The notes beneath the pieces were generated by a model. The model was not told the DNA's origin, ran no database searches, and saw only the letters and a program-made list of their open reading frames with translations. Positions 31,458 through 41,645 of a stretch of DNA of 64,000 nt are shown in pieces; position 1 is the stretch's first letter, and each line of letters begins with the position of its first letter. Origin of the DNA: Spirochaetia bacterium (lineage in GTDB: Bacteria; Spirochaetota; Spirochaetia; DSM-16054; Sediminispirochaetaceae); assembly GCA_034520965.1 (NCBI GenBank), contig JAXHMY010000003.1, forward strand, positions 448,001 to 512,000. The letters are read 5' to 3'. Made by a program: the position numbers and the translations under genes.

Positions 31458-31748
31458 ATGGATACAAGGGAACTTTATACAACAGCATCCCTGGCTCAGC
31501 TCTCGCTCTCAGATGCGGAAGCTGAAACGTTGAGCCGCGAAATTTCACGTATGCTCGAGCACTTTGCACGCATGCGGGAAATAGACGTTGACTCACTCGA
31601 ACCCACCACCCACACCTTTTCAAAGGTGAACCGATTGCGCACAGATGCAAAGGAGAATGGGGAGCGTTTGTCACACATGACAGATTCTCTCCTTCATAAT
31701 GCTCCTGAACTCGAAGATCGGTTCATCGTAATTCCCAACGTGCTGTAA
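31458..31748 (+). CDS. gatC: Asp/Glu-tRNA amidotransferase subunit C
   Basis: LAQL, EPTTH, LR.D, NAP...FIVIPNVL; upstream of gatA. Confidence 0.9.
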   Translation: MDTRELYTTASLAQLSLSDAEAETLSREISRMLEHFARMREIDVDSLEPTTHTFSKVNRLRTDAKENGERLSHMTDSLLHNAPELEDRFIVIPNVL

Positions 31749-31896
31749 GCACCGTAAGTATTACATACCCTTCTTCGTAACTCCTCAAAACACAATGCAC
31801 AGAAGAGGTGCATGCGGGAGAGGTGTATCTGTCGGAGCACGCACAACGACACACATCTTTTCTCCACTCTTCACTAAACCATGTTGGAGTACACGA

Positions 31897-33315
31897 ATGT
31901 TTCGGGAAAGAAAGAGTTATTGGAAATCGGTTCTAAAGAGCCAGGAGAAGATTGAGGAGTATGCTGTCGCTGTGCGTCACACTGACCGCCGCATCGGCGC
32001 ATTCTTGGAATTCGACCCGCAGCGCGTCCCTCCGAAAGCTGCGGAAGACAGCCCCCTCAAGGGTCTACCAATTGCCGTGAAAGACAACATCGCGGTTGAG
32101 GGTTTCGGACTGAGCTGCGGCTCTAAAATGTTGTCAAATGTACGCTCACCCTATACAGCCACCGCGGTATACAAACTACAGGAAGCCGGCATGGGGATTG
32201 TCGGTAAAACAAACCTCGATGAGTTTGGAATGGGTTCTTCAACCGACAACTCTGCTTTGCTAAGAACCCACAACCCCTGGGATACCAGCCGAGTCGCCGG
32301 AGGGTCCAGTGGTGGGTCCGCCGCAGCTGTAGCCGCCGGTTTAGTGCCGGCGGCCCTGGGCAGCGACACCGGTGGTTCAATCCGCCAACCCGCCTCTTTT
32401 TGTGGAATCTACGGACTCAAGCCGACCTACGGGAGTGTTTCCAGGTTCGGCCTGGTGGCCTACGCCTCCTCGCTGGAAGGTATTGGAGTAGTATCTGAGT
32501 CTCTCTCCCTGACCCGCTCCATTTTTAAAACAATGAGGGATGAAGACCAGCACGATCAAACCACCGGACTTGCACAGGTTCCGGAGAAGCCGGTCAAATC
32601 AATAGGAGTTTTAGCTCAAACCCACATTGAAGGCCTCTCACCGGCCCTCCAAAGGGCCTACTTCACATCCATCGATGAGTTTAAGAAACTTGGCTACGAC
32701 ATCCAAGAGGTACAGCTGCCGACTCTCGATTACGTGATACCGGCGTACTACACTATTGCCTCGGCAGAGGCAAGTGCCAACTTGGCTCGTTATGCCGGCA
32801 TTCGCTACGGCCATCAAAACAGTCTGGCCGAGGACCCCCAGGAGCTTATGGAAAGCTCCCGCGATGAAGGCTTCGGTCCGGAGGTTAAACTTCGAATTCT
32901 ACTGGGCACCTATGTGCTGCGTTCCGGATTCCAGGAGCAGTACTACATACGAGCTCAGAAAATCCGAACTGCCCTACGAAGCGATTTCGACGCTATTTTT
33001 CGTTCGGTCGACCTTCTGCTCTCACCTACTTTTCCGGTGCAGGCATTCCAGCATGACAGCAGTGACCTTGATCAGTTTCAGCAGAAACTGGCGGACCGCT
33101 TTACTGCTACCGCCAACCTGGCGGGCATACCGGCCCTTGCCTTTCCGGTGGCCATTGAAGATGGTCTTCCGGCCGGAATGCAGCTGATGGCACCGATGCA
33201 TGCCGAGGAGATGCTGTTCAAAACCGCTGAAACCTATCAACAGGCCTTTCGGCCGGTTCTGCCTGAATTCGTTCAGCCCACTATCTCAGCACCGCAAGGA
33301 GTCGACCATGAGTAG
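31897..33315 (+). CDS. gatA: Asp/Glu-tRNA amidotransferase subunit A
   Basis: AVKDNI, GKTNLDEFGMGSST, GGSSGGSAAAV, GSDTGGSIRQPA, GPEVKLRILLG. Confidence 0.96.
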   Translation: MFRERKSYWKSVLKSQEKIEEYAVAVRHTDRRIGAFLEFDPQRVPPKAAEDSPLKGLPIAVKDNIAVEGFGLSCGSKMLSNVRSPYTATAVYKLQEAGMGIVGKTNLDEFGMGSSTDNSALLRTHNPWDTSRVAGGSSGGSAAAVAAGLVPAALGSDTGGSIRQPASFCGIYGLKPTYGSVSRFGLVAYASSLEGIGVVSESLSLTRSIFKTMRDEDQHDQTTGLAQVPEKPVKSIGVLAQTHIEGLSPALQRAYFTSIDEFKKLGYDIQEVQLPTLDYVIPAYYTIASAEASANLARYAGIRYGHQNSLAEDPQELMESSRDEGFGPEVKLRILLGTYVLRSGFQEQYYIRAQKIRTALRSDFDAIFRSVDLLLSPTFPVQAFQHDSSDLDQFQQKLADRFTATANLAGIPALAFPVAIEDGLPAGMQLMAPMHAEEMLFKTAETYQQAFRPVLPEFVQPTISAPQGVDHE

Positions 33316-34789
33316 TATTGAAAGTGAATACCGCACCTTCATTGGAATTGAAATTCATATCCAGCTTACAACCAATACGAAAGTTTTTTGCAGTTGCCCG
33401 GTTGGATTCGGAGAGGAACCTAACACCAATGTCTGCCCAATCTGTCTAGGGTATCCCGGGGTGCTGCCCGCTTTAAACGAAGAGGCGCTGTTTAAGGCGT
33501 ATCGGGTAGCAACAGCGCTCAACTGTAAACTATCTTCCAGTACGGTGTTTGAAAGGAAAAATTACTTCTATCCGGATATGCCGAAGAACTACCAGATATC
33601 ACAGTACCTGCACCCCATCGGAATGGACGGAAAAATTGAGTTCCCTTACCACGATGAAGTTCGCAGTGTCAGAATCCACGATGTGCACCTGGAAGAGGAT
33701 GCCGGTAAAATGATTCACGCCGGGGATATCTCGCTTATCGACTACAACCGTGCCGGCACCCCACTGCTGGAAATAGTGACTGAACCCGACCTTACCAGCG
33801 GCGATGAGACCGAAGCATTTATCCAGTATTTCCGCCGCTTTGTACGCTATCTGGAAGTGTGCGACGGCAACATGGAAGAGGGGTCGCTGCGATGCGATGC
33901 CAACATTTCGCTTAACTACCCAGGAGGCGGTCTGGGCACAAAGGTCGAGGTAAAAAACCTTAACTCCTCCCGCTTTGTGCGCCTGGCACTTGACCATGAG
34001 CGGCAGCGGCAGGCAAAACTCTTAACCGAGGGCAGCCCAATTCAGCAGGAGACACGCTTGTGGAATGAGAACCGGGACATTACCGTGGTAATGCGGCGCA
34101 AGGAAGAATCCCATGACTACCGATATTTTCCGGAGCCGGACCTGCCCCCCTTCCGCCCCACCCCGGAGTACCTTGAGTCGGTACATAAGAAAAATGTAGA
34201 ACTGCCCCTGCAGCGTATGCAGCGTTTTAAAAAGGATTATGGCCTTGAGGGCGAGGCACTCTCTTTTCTTACCGAAGAAAAAAGCCGGGCTGTCTTCTTT
34301 GAAGCGACCCTCGCACTCATCCCTGAGCGAAACTCGGCAGCCGGAAACGGAGCAGCCGGGGAGGTCTATCGATGGCTCTCGGGGGATGTACTGCGTCACC
34401 TCAACCGCAGTCATCTCAGTTTGGAGACATCCTTTTTGACCCCGGAGCGGTTTGCCGAACTTATCAGCTTAATCAACTCCGGCAGAATTCACGGTAAAAT
34501 CGCCAAGCAGATTCTGCATGCGGTATTTGTAGAGGATAAAGACCCAACTCGCTTGTTAGAAGAGAAGGGACTGGAACAAATTACCGATCCTGAGGAAATC
34601 CGTTCATTGGTAAAAAAGATCATTACCCAAAATCCGGCTGCAGCCACCCAGGCCGCTGCTCAGGTAGCGGCTGGTGAGAATAAGGTAGTGGGCTTCTTTA
34701 TGGGATTGCTGATGAAGGCCAGCAGCGGAAGGTCCGACCCTCAACTTACCCGCAGTATATTATTAGAAGAATTTTCTAAAAAGGAGTAA
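33308..34789 (+). CDS. gatB: Asp/Glu-tRNA amidotransferase subunit B
   Basis: IGIEIH, FERKNYFYPD, HLEEDAGK, DYNRAGTPLLEIV, DYRYFPEPDLP. Confidence 0.97.
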   Translation: MSSIESEYRTFIGIEIHIQLTTNTKVFCSCPVGFGEEPNTNVCPICLGYPGVLPALNEEALFKAYRVATALNCKLSSSTVFERKNYFYPDMPKNYQISQYLHPIGMDGKIEFPYHDEVRSVRIHDVHLEEDAGKMIHAGDISLIDYNRAGTPLLEIVTEPDLTSGDETEAFIQYFRRFVRYLEVCDGNMEEGSLRCDANISLNYPGGGLGTKVEVKNLNSSRFVRLALDHERQRQAKLLTEGSPIQQETRLWNENRDITVVMRRKEESHDYRYFPEPDLPPFRPTPEYLESVHKKNVELPLQRMQRFKKDYGLEGEALSFLTEEKSRAVFFEATLALIPERNSAAGNGAAGEVYRWLSGDVLRHLNRSHLSLETSFLTPERFAELISLINSGRIHGKIAKQILHAVFVEDKDPTRLLEEKGLEQITDPEEIRSLVKKIITQNPAAATQAAAQVAAGENKVVGFFMGLLMKASSGRSDPQLTRSILLEEFSKKE

Positions 34790-34792
34790 ATT

Positions 34793-36067
34793 ATGGAACG
34801 CACATATGTTAAAGATTGCACTACACAAATGGAAGGCACGATAACCTGTGCCGGTTGGGTACACCGTATCAGAAGCTTAGGAAAGGTTACCTTTTTACTG
34901 CTTCGTGACCGCACCGGTATCATCCAAACCGTATGGGACGAAGCACCGGATGTTACTTTAGAGTCAGTGGTACGCATTCAGGGCAGCATCACCGGCAATC
35001 AAAAGGCACCTGGAGGAATTGAACTGCAGGCCGACTCGTTGGAGGTTTTGGCTCCCGCCGCCGCCGACCTGCCGATTGCGGTAAACCAAGACAGCGATCA
35101 GCTCAGCCTCGATGCACTGCTGGATCACCGTATGCTAAGCCTGCGCAGCCCTAAAATCCGGTCTATTTTTTATCTGCAATCCGCCATCCTCGGTTATTTT
35201 GGTGAATATATGCGAAGCCGAGAGTTTACCGAAATTAAAAGCAGTAAGCTTATCGGAAGCGGTTCAGAAGGAGGGACAGGACTGTTTGAGGTTGAATATT
35301 TCGACCGCAAGGTTTATTTGGCCCAATCTCCACAGCTATACAAACAGGCGATGGTAGCCAACGGGATGGAACAGGTCTTTGAAATTGGGGCTGCATACCG
35401 GGCGGAAAAGCATGACACCCCCCGGCACCTGAATGAGTATGTAAGCCTCGACATTGAGATGGGCTTTATCGAAAGTGACCAGGAGCTTATGGACCTTGAA
35501 GTAGACATTCTCGGCTACATTTTCGACCGAATCAGAGAACACCATAGCGATATTCTAGAAACTTTTCACACAGATTTACCCTCCTCGGTCGAGATGCAGG
35601 CTACCCCGCGCATAAGCCACGATGAGGCGAAAAGGATTCTCTCCGAGCGACTGGGAAAGCGGGTCTTTGAGCTCAACCCCGAAGGCGAGCGGGAACTCTG
35701 CGACTGGGCCAAAGAACAAAGTGGAGTAGAGGCGCTGTTTGTCCACTCCTTTCCCCGGAAAAAACGTCCCTTTTACACCTATCCAGACGGCCGCAAAACT
35801 ATGAGCTTTGACCTCCTGTTCCGCGGCCTAGAGATAACCTCCGGAGGACGCCGTATCCACGAGTACGATATGCTGGTTGAAAGCATCAAACGCCATGGCA
35901 TGGAGCCGGAGCAGTTGAGTGACTACCTGCAGGTATTTCGTTACGGCTGCCCTCCCCATGGGGGTTTTGCGATTGGACTTGAGCGCATAACCCAGAAAAT
36001 TCTGGGGCTCAACAGCGTGAAAGAGGCCTCACTTTTTCCCCGTGATCGTAAACGGGTGAAGCCATAA
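34793..36067 (+). CDS. aspS: Aspartate-tRNA(Asn) ligase (short, archaeal-type, probably non-discriminating)
   Basis: 424 aa with no GAD insert; LAQSPQLYKQ, YRAE.H.T.RHLNEY, GCPPHGGFAIGLER, FPRD; follows gatB. Confidence 0.9.
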   Translation: MERTYVKDCTTQMEGTITCAGWVHRIRSLGKVTFLLLRDRTGIIQTVWDEAPDVTLESVVRIQGSITGNQKAPGGIELQADSLEVLAPAAADLPIAVNQDSDQLSLDALLDHRMLSLRSPKIRSIFYLQSAILGYFGEYMRSREFTEIKSSKLIGSGSEGGTGLFEVEYFDRKVYLAQSPQLYKQAMVANGMEQVFEIGAAYRAEKHDTPRHLNEYVSLDIEMGFIESDQELMDLEVDILGYIFDRIREHHSDILETFHTDLPSSVEMQATPRISHDEAKRILSERLGKRVFELNPEGERELCDWAKEQSGVEALFVHSFPRKKRPFYTYPDGRKTMSFDLLFRGLEITSGGRRIHEYDMLVESIKRHGMEPEQLSDYLQVFRYGCPPHGGFAIGLERITQKILGLNSVKEASLFPRDRKRVKP

Positions 36068-36217
36068 AACGATTTACGAGGGGATATCCACCAACAGGTG
36101 GGTCCCCTCATTCTCTTCACTGGTAAAGTATAATCCAAGCCACAGCGACACTGAACATCTCGGCCAATACATGGGCAAGTAGAAAACTGTATGGTCTCAG
36201 TTCTTAAGTTCCAGTTC

Positions 36218-36847
36218 TTAGTCCAGATATATTGAATCCATAGGAGAGAGGATTTCAACCGGGAGGTCGGTCTTTTTAGCAAATCTCACTGCATCCTTTC
36301 TGTGTCCGACCACCGCTCCCCAATGGTACGGAATAACCTTCTTCGGCTTAAAGGCTTTCAGCGCTCCGGCAGCTTCCTCTGCATTAAAGGTATACGTCCC
36401 GCCAACCGGCAGCAGGGCAACATCAATGTTCTCTAAGCTTTCCATCTCGGTCACCGCGTCAGTATCGCCGGCATAATAAATTTTTTTTCCATCAAGTTCG
36501 ATAATAAAGCCAAGCCAGCCGTTCTCTTTTGGATGAAACTCTTTATCCAGATTATATGCAGCCACTCCCTGGACCTTTAAATTATCTAAAGTGTATTCAC
36601 CGCCGGGAAGCAGCACCTGGCCGTAGCCAAGCTCCTCAACTACATCGCCACTGCCGACTATTCGCCCTTTCTCTTTTGAGACCGCCCGGATATCTTCCGG
36701 TGAAAGGTGGTCATAATGGCTATGACTCACCAAGACTATATCCCCGTCGTGGGGTTCTCCGTCTATCTTCCACGGATCTATGTACACTGTAGAAGAACCG
36801 CTTATGAGAAAACTCGCATGTCCAAGCCAAGAAAGAATTACCGGCAT
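36218..36847 (-). CDS. MBL-fold metallo-hydrolase
   Basis: WLGHASF, SHSHYDH, YYAGDT, LPVGG, IPYHW. Confidence 0.92.
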   Translation of the reverse strand: MPVILSWLGHASFLISGSSTVYIDPWKIDGEPHDGDIVLVSHSHYDHLSPEDIRAVSKEKGRIVGSGDVVEELGYGQVLLPGGEYTLDNLKVQGVAAYNLDKEFHPKENGWLGFIIELDGKKIYYAGDTDAVTEMESLENIDVALLPVGGTYTFNAEEAAGALKAFKPKKVIPYHWGAVVGHRKDAVRFAKKTDLPVEILSPMDSIYLD

Positions 36848-36961
36848 ATACAGCTCCTTTATATTACTTACTCGTGTAAAGGATATCATATATTAAAGGG
36901 TTTTCCTATTCCAATTTATTTGGTATTTTACACTTACAGATAAACCCAAGGAGAAATATCA

Positions 36962-37981
36962 ATGGTAGAAGGTTATACAGCAAAGCTAAACTTAATCGAC
37001 ACGGAAAAAGCAATCAAAGTAGTTAAAGATACATTTCAATACAAACTGGCAACACACCTTAATCTACAGCGTGTGAGTGCTCCACGCTTTATTGAAGTCG
37101 GAAACGGCCTCCAGGATGACCTGGCCGGAACCCAGGTTCCCGTAGGATTCCATGTAAAACACCGACCGAACCGACTCGAGATTGTTCACTCCCTGGCAAA
37201 GTGGAAACGCATGGCCCTTAAACGCTACAATTTCAACCCCGATACCGGACTCTACACGGATATGGATGCTATCCGTAAAGATGAAGATGTAAGTGAAATC
37301 CACAGTGTGTACGTTGATCAGTGGGATTGGGAAAAGACCATTACCCCCGACCATCGAACGCTTGAATATCTGAAATTCACGGTACGGGAGATTTACCGTG
37401 CATTAGTTGAAACTGAAGAGCTAATAAGCAAGGAGTTTCCCGTGCTCCAACCCAGACTTCCAAAAGAAATCAGCTTCGTCCATACCCAAGACCTCGAAGA
37501 CCGCTGGCCCAACCTTACCCCCAAAGAACGAGAGCACAAAGCCGCCCAGGAATACGGGGCTTATTTTCTGATTGGTATTGGAGGGGAGCTGCGTTCCGGC
37601 GACCGGCACGATGCACGGGCGGCGGACTACGACGACTGGATCACCATAAACGAAGAGGGCACCATGGGATTGAATGGCGACATAATCGTTCTGGATCCTA
37701 CCCGCGGAAAAGCCCTCGAACTTTCATCCATGGGGGTTCGTGTATCACCTGAGTCCCTTCAGGCTCAACTTAAAGAGATGGGAATGGAGGAACGGGGGGA
37801 GTTAGAATTTCAATCCGGTGTAATTGATGGAACTCTGCCCCTCTCAATCGGCGGGGGAATTGGACAGTCCCGTCTGTGTATGCTGCTGCTGCAAAAATCG
37901 CATATCGGCGAGGTTCAGGTTAGTGTGTGGCCGGATGAAATGATTGAAGAATACCGTAAGGCGGGAGTAGAGTTCCTGTAA
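36962..37981 (+). CDS. asnA: Aspartate-ammonia ligase
   Basis: VHSLAKWKR, YVDQWDWE, RAADYDDW, ELSSMGVRV, GGGIGQSR. Confidence 0.97.
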   Translation: MVEGYTAKLNLIDTEKAIKVVKDTFQYKLATHLNLQRVSAPRFIEVGNGLQDDLAGTQVPVGFHVKHRPNRLEIVHSLAKWKRMALKRYNFNPDTGLYTDMDAIRKDEDVSEIHSVYVDQWDWEKTITPDHRTLEYLKFTVREIYRALVETEELISKEFPVLQPRLPKEISFVHTQDLEDRWPNLTPKEREHKAAQEYGAYFLIGIGGELRSGDRHDARAADYDDWITINEEGTMGLNGDIIVLDPTRGKALELSSMGVRVSPESLQAQLKEMGMEERGELEFQSGVIDGTLPLSIGGGIGQSRLCMLLLQKSHIGEVQVSVWPDEMIEEYRKAGVEFL

Positions 37982-37989
37982 GGTCGCTT

Positions 37990-38400
37990 TCATTTGACGG
38001 GACTTTGGCTTGACGGCTGAAGTCCCGTTTTTATTTCCTGCTTAAACTCTTCAAACGGCGGTTCCGCCTGCTGCTTTACCTTTGCTTGAAATCGATCGTA
38101 GGCTTCTGCAAACGTACGCCCTTGCGGGGTGAGCGTAGCCCCTTCCCGCCTATCACCACCTTTTTTTCGATCCACAGCCTTAAAGTTCATGTGCTTTTCA
38201 AGTTCCGTGAGCATTCGATGGGCCTTCACATAAGAGAGGTTCATATGAGCGGCGGCCTTACGGATAGAACCAAAAGAATCGATGTACTGCAGTAACCACA
38301 GCACACCGATTCCCATAAATGAGTCCCCGTCGGCCTCCGCCAGATACAACTTTGTTTTAAGGACAAAGTCGAGTTTCAGTTGCTCCTCCGGGATATCCAT
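37990..38400 (-). CDS. ModE N-terminal-type winged-helix regulator (no molybdate-binding domain)
   Basis: MGIGVLWLL..I...GSIRKAA..M.LSY.KA...GG....GATLT..G. Confidence 0.8.
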   Translation of the reverse strand: MDIPEEQLKLDFVLKTKLYLAEADGDSFMGIGVLWLLQYIDSFGSIRKAAAHMNLSYVKAHRMLTELEKHMNFKAVDRKKGGDRREGATLTPQGRTFAEAYDRFQAKVKQQAEPPFEEFKQEIKTGLQPSSQSPVK

Positions 38401-38430
38401 CCTATTCTCCTGTTGAGCTCTCCTGTCGAG

Positions 38431-39714
38431 CTAAAGAAGCTCTCTGGCGGCCTTCTCAATGCTGGTATAAAGTTCTTCGATATTTTCGATATCCACACTC
38501 GAATAGGCAACCCGCAGGTACTTGGTACCGATTGCGATGGTTCCGATACCGTATGCATCAAGCAAGTGAATCCTCAGCTTCTCTGCATCACCCCGGTAGG
38601 TGAAGGTCATAAAATAACCGGAATTGAAGGGCAAAGGCGTGAGGGGACTGTCGCTGCCTTGGCTTCCGAGCACCTCGCGTACCTTATGGTAGCGCGCCTC
38701 TAGAAGTTTGAAGGCATCCTCTTTCTCCTTTACATGCGAGGGGCTTTGCAAGCCCTTGAGCATAAGGCTCTGGGCCATACGGCTGGCATTCGAAATTGAA
38801 GCTCGGATCGCTCCCTTTGTTTTCTCTTGTAGCGCCGTATACTGTTCGCTACTCAATCCTTTGCCGCCATAGGTAATAAAGCCCAGACGGAACCCCCAGG
38901 CGAGTTCTTCCTTTGTGGCACCATCAAATTTGACGGCTAATAGATTCTCGTGTGTATCCGCAAGCAGGCCAAAGAGCGATTCTTTCAAAGTCCCTTCCTC
39001 ATAGAACAATCCGAAGTAGGCATCGTCGATAAAACAGAGCACATCATTGCCTTCTTCAGCCAGGCTGTTTAACAGATCCACGATTTTCCGGGCTTCAGCC
39101 ATTGATGGTGAGTAGCCGGTGGGATTATTGGGAAAGTTCAGTACCAGCGAGATTTTCTTGCCACAGCTGCGCAGCGACTGCTCGAGGGCCTCAAGGTTAA
39201 TGGATCCACTCTCATTAAAAAATGGAAAGGTCACCAGCTCTGCCTGACGGCGCCCTTCAAAAATAAGCCGATAGTTTCCCCAAAACATATCCGGAACCAC
39301 TACCTTTTCCCCGGCATTCACAAACAAATCGGCGACAATCATAATTCCATGGGTTAAACCCGAGGTTACCAGGGGCTCAGATGTTAGTTTACCCCGCAGA
39401 GAAGGATTTTTCTGTTCCATCTCCGCCTTCCAAGCTGACCGCAATTCCGGTACACCCGGGGTCGGTGCGTAAGGGTAGATCTCATTTTCAGAAAGACCGG
39501 TAATCAATTTTTGAATACTCGGTAAGAACAGTGGTATATTTTGTTTGGTTGCCATGCCGACGGTTGCATTAAAGCGGGTGGCCTTCTTCTTTGCCTCTCC
39601 GGACTGTGAAATAATACCCTTTGGAAAATAAAAACGGGACCCGAAGTCCGACAATAGGCGTGCGGCTGCTGTACCACCTAATGTTTCATTTAGTTCAAGC
39701 GCAATTTTGTTCAT
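38431..39714 (-). CDS. Class I/II PLP-dependent aminotransferase
   Basis: NFPNNPTGY, DDAYFGL, DGATKEE.AWGFR.GF. Confidence 0.92.
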   Translation of the reverse strand: MNKIALELNETLGGTAAARLLSDFGSRFYFPKGIISQSGEAKKKATRFNATVGMATKQNIPLFLPSIQKLITGLSENEIYPYAPTPGVPELRSAWKAEMEQKNPSLRGKLTSEPLVTSGLTHGIMIVADLFVNAGEKVVVPDMFWGNYRLIFEGRRQAELVTFPFFNESGSINLEALEQSLRSCGKKISLVLNFPNNPTGYSPSMAEARKIVDLLNSLAEEGNDVLCFIDDAYFGLFYEEGTLKESLFGLLADTHENLLAVKFDGATKEELAWGFRLGFITYGGKGLSSEQYTALQEKTKGAIRASISNASRMAQSLMLKGLQSPSHVKEKEDAFKLLEARYHKVREVLGSQGSDSPLTPLPFNSGYFMTFTYRGDAEKLRIHLLDAYGIGTIAIGTKYLRVAYSSVDIENIEELYTSIEKAARELL

Positions 39715-39833
39715 AATAATTACCTCTTTTTGCAGTCAACGTATGCTGTATCGATAAAAATCGCATTAATTGTACCACACATATTAGGCTATTTAAACAT
39801 AAAAAGGCCACCTTTCCAATAAAAAAAAGCAGA

Positions 39834-40788
39834 CTATTGTACGATGTGTGTTCCGGTTTTCCCTTCCAGTGCATCCACTGCCTTATCCAGGGATGTAATT
39901 ATCGCCTCTTTACCACTCCATTTTGCAAAACGTACTGCAGCCTGCACCTTAGGTCCCATCGAGCCGGCTAAAAAATGTCCATCATTAAGATAGGCCTCAG
40001 CTTCTGCAATACTAATAAAGCCCAGACCCTTCTGATCCGGTTTGTTAAAGTTGATGTAAACCTTCTCTACATCGGTGAGTATCATAAACTTGTCGGCATT
40101 TATATCCTGAGCCAGTTTGAATCCGGCTCGGTCCTTATCTATCACAGCCTCAACACCTGAAAAACTTCCATCAGCTTCGCGCTTTACGGGAATACCTCCA
40201 CCCCCGGAGGCAATTACTACCCCTTCGGCCTCGACCAGTTTCTTGATCGATTCACGTTCAACGATAGATATTGGCTCGGGGGACGGCACCACCCGTCTCC
40301 AGCCTTTGGTCACTCCCGGTTTTACTTCACGTACAATATACCCTTTTTCCTTTTGCAGCTCCTGAGCTTTTTCCTGAGTATAAAACGGTCCTACCGGCTT
40401 CGATGGATCCTTAAAATCCGGATCGTCCTCGCTTACCTCCACTTGAGTTATAACGGAGCATACAGGACGCTGAATATCTGCCTCGAGTAAACGAAAGCTC
40501 ATTCGATTCTGCATCATCCAGCCAATCTGCCCCTGGGTCATTGCGCCACAGACAGCCAATGTTTGTGCAGGAACATGCTCACGCGACTCTTCCTGCTGAA
40601 TCAACAGCGCTCCTGCTTGTGGGCCATTGCCATGGGTCACTACCGGACGGTACCCAGCTTTTATGATAAGGGCCATCTCTCTGGCCGTCTTATCTACGTT
40701 CAAAAACTGCTCTTCCGTGGTTCCTTCTTCGTGGGCTTGTTTAATTGCATTCCCACCGAGTGCAATCACAACGTAGTTCTCCAGCCAT
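39834..40788 (-). CDS. arcC: Carbamate kinase; probable 1-nt insertion just after ATG 40788
   Basis: VIALGGNA, THGNGPQ, KPVGPFY, WRRVVPSP, GGGGIPV, EAVIDKD, GSMGPKV; AAGGAG RBS precedes ATG 40788. Confidence 0.94.
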
Positions 40789-40889
40789 ATATCCGCTCCT
40801 TTATTGATCAATTATGTAAGTGAGTAAAAATCTACACTTATTCTGCGGTTTGTTCAAGAGCGCAACAAAATGCAACAACAAATTCACGA

Positions 40890-41645
40890 TTAAAAGGATA
40901 CGTAATGGGCGGGAATGCGGAATACATTTCGAATCAAAGACTTAAATTCGCTATCCTGAGGTGTTCCCTTGTGCAGCCTCCCGGATTCATCCATAAGCCA
41001 CACACGGGTGCTTATCCGCATCAGCAGTTCAAGGTCATGCGAGGAGACTAGGACGGCTGTTCCCTGGGTCCGGGTAATCGTTTCCAGCAGGTCCATTAAC
41101 TCTACCTTGCGGGTCACATCTAAAAAGGCCGTGGGCTCATCCATCATTATAATTTGGGGTTCCTGGGCCAAGGCACGAGCTACCATTACTTTTTGCAATT
41201 CACCATCACTTAGCTCATCAATGGTTCGATAGCGTAACGACTCTGCTCCCACCGCAGAAAAAGAACGCTCCACTACATACCGGTCATGCGCTGTCAGACC
41301 ACCGGAGAACCTGCTATGCGGGTATCTGCCTAAAGAGACAATTGTATCAGCCTTCAGATGCCCGGCATGAACCCTTTCGGTAAGTACAACAGATATCTTA
41401 CGCGCCCGCTCTAGAGGACTCATATGGGAGATTTCGGTCTCTCCGATGTATACTTTTCCATCAAGAACAGACTGCAGTCCGCTCAAACTGCGCAGTAGAG
41501 TTGATTTGCCACATCCGTTCGGTCCAACTAGCCCCACCACCTCCCCGGAAAAGATAGAGGCTGATAAATGCTCTGATATAGTCACCGCTCCGCGAAATCC
41601 GTGGCGGTAACCGGTATGAATTGATCTGGCATCAAGCACCTTCAT
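40890..41645 (-). CDS. Cobalamin/iron ABC transporter ATPase (BtuD/FepC-like)
   Basis: GPNGCGKST, LGRYPH, LSDGE.QK, DEPTAFLD, SHD. Confidence 0.9.
   Translation of the reverse strand: MKVLDARSIHTGYRHGFRGAVTISEHLSASIFSGEVVGLVGPNGCGKSTLLRSLSGLQSVLDGKVYIGETEISHMSPLERARKISVVLTERVHAGHLKADTIVSLGRYPHSRFSGGLTAHDRYVVERSFSAVGAESLRYRTIDELSDGELQKVMVARALAQEPQIIMMDEPTAFLDVTRKVELMDLLETITRTQGTAVLVSSHDLELLMRISTRVWLMDESGRLHKGTPQDSEFKSLIRNVFRIPAHYVSF

Noticed and set aside
36068..36217. Possible sRNA or c-di-GMP riboswitch between convergent aspS and the MBL gene
   Set aside because: One terminator-like hairpin (36078-36109) and a weak second stem; the TATAAT lacks a -35 and the GEMM motifs are absent.
37990..40788. 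Molybdate regulon or arginine deiminase operon
   Set aside because: The ModE-like protein lacks a molybdate-binding domain and has no modABC nearby; arcC has no arcA/arcB in the window, so no pathway can be assigned.
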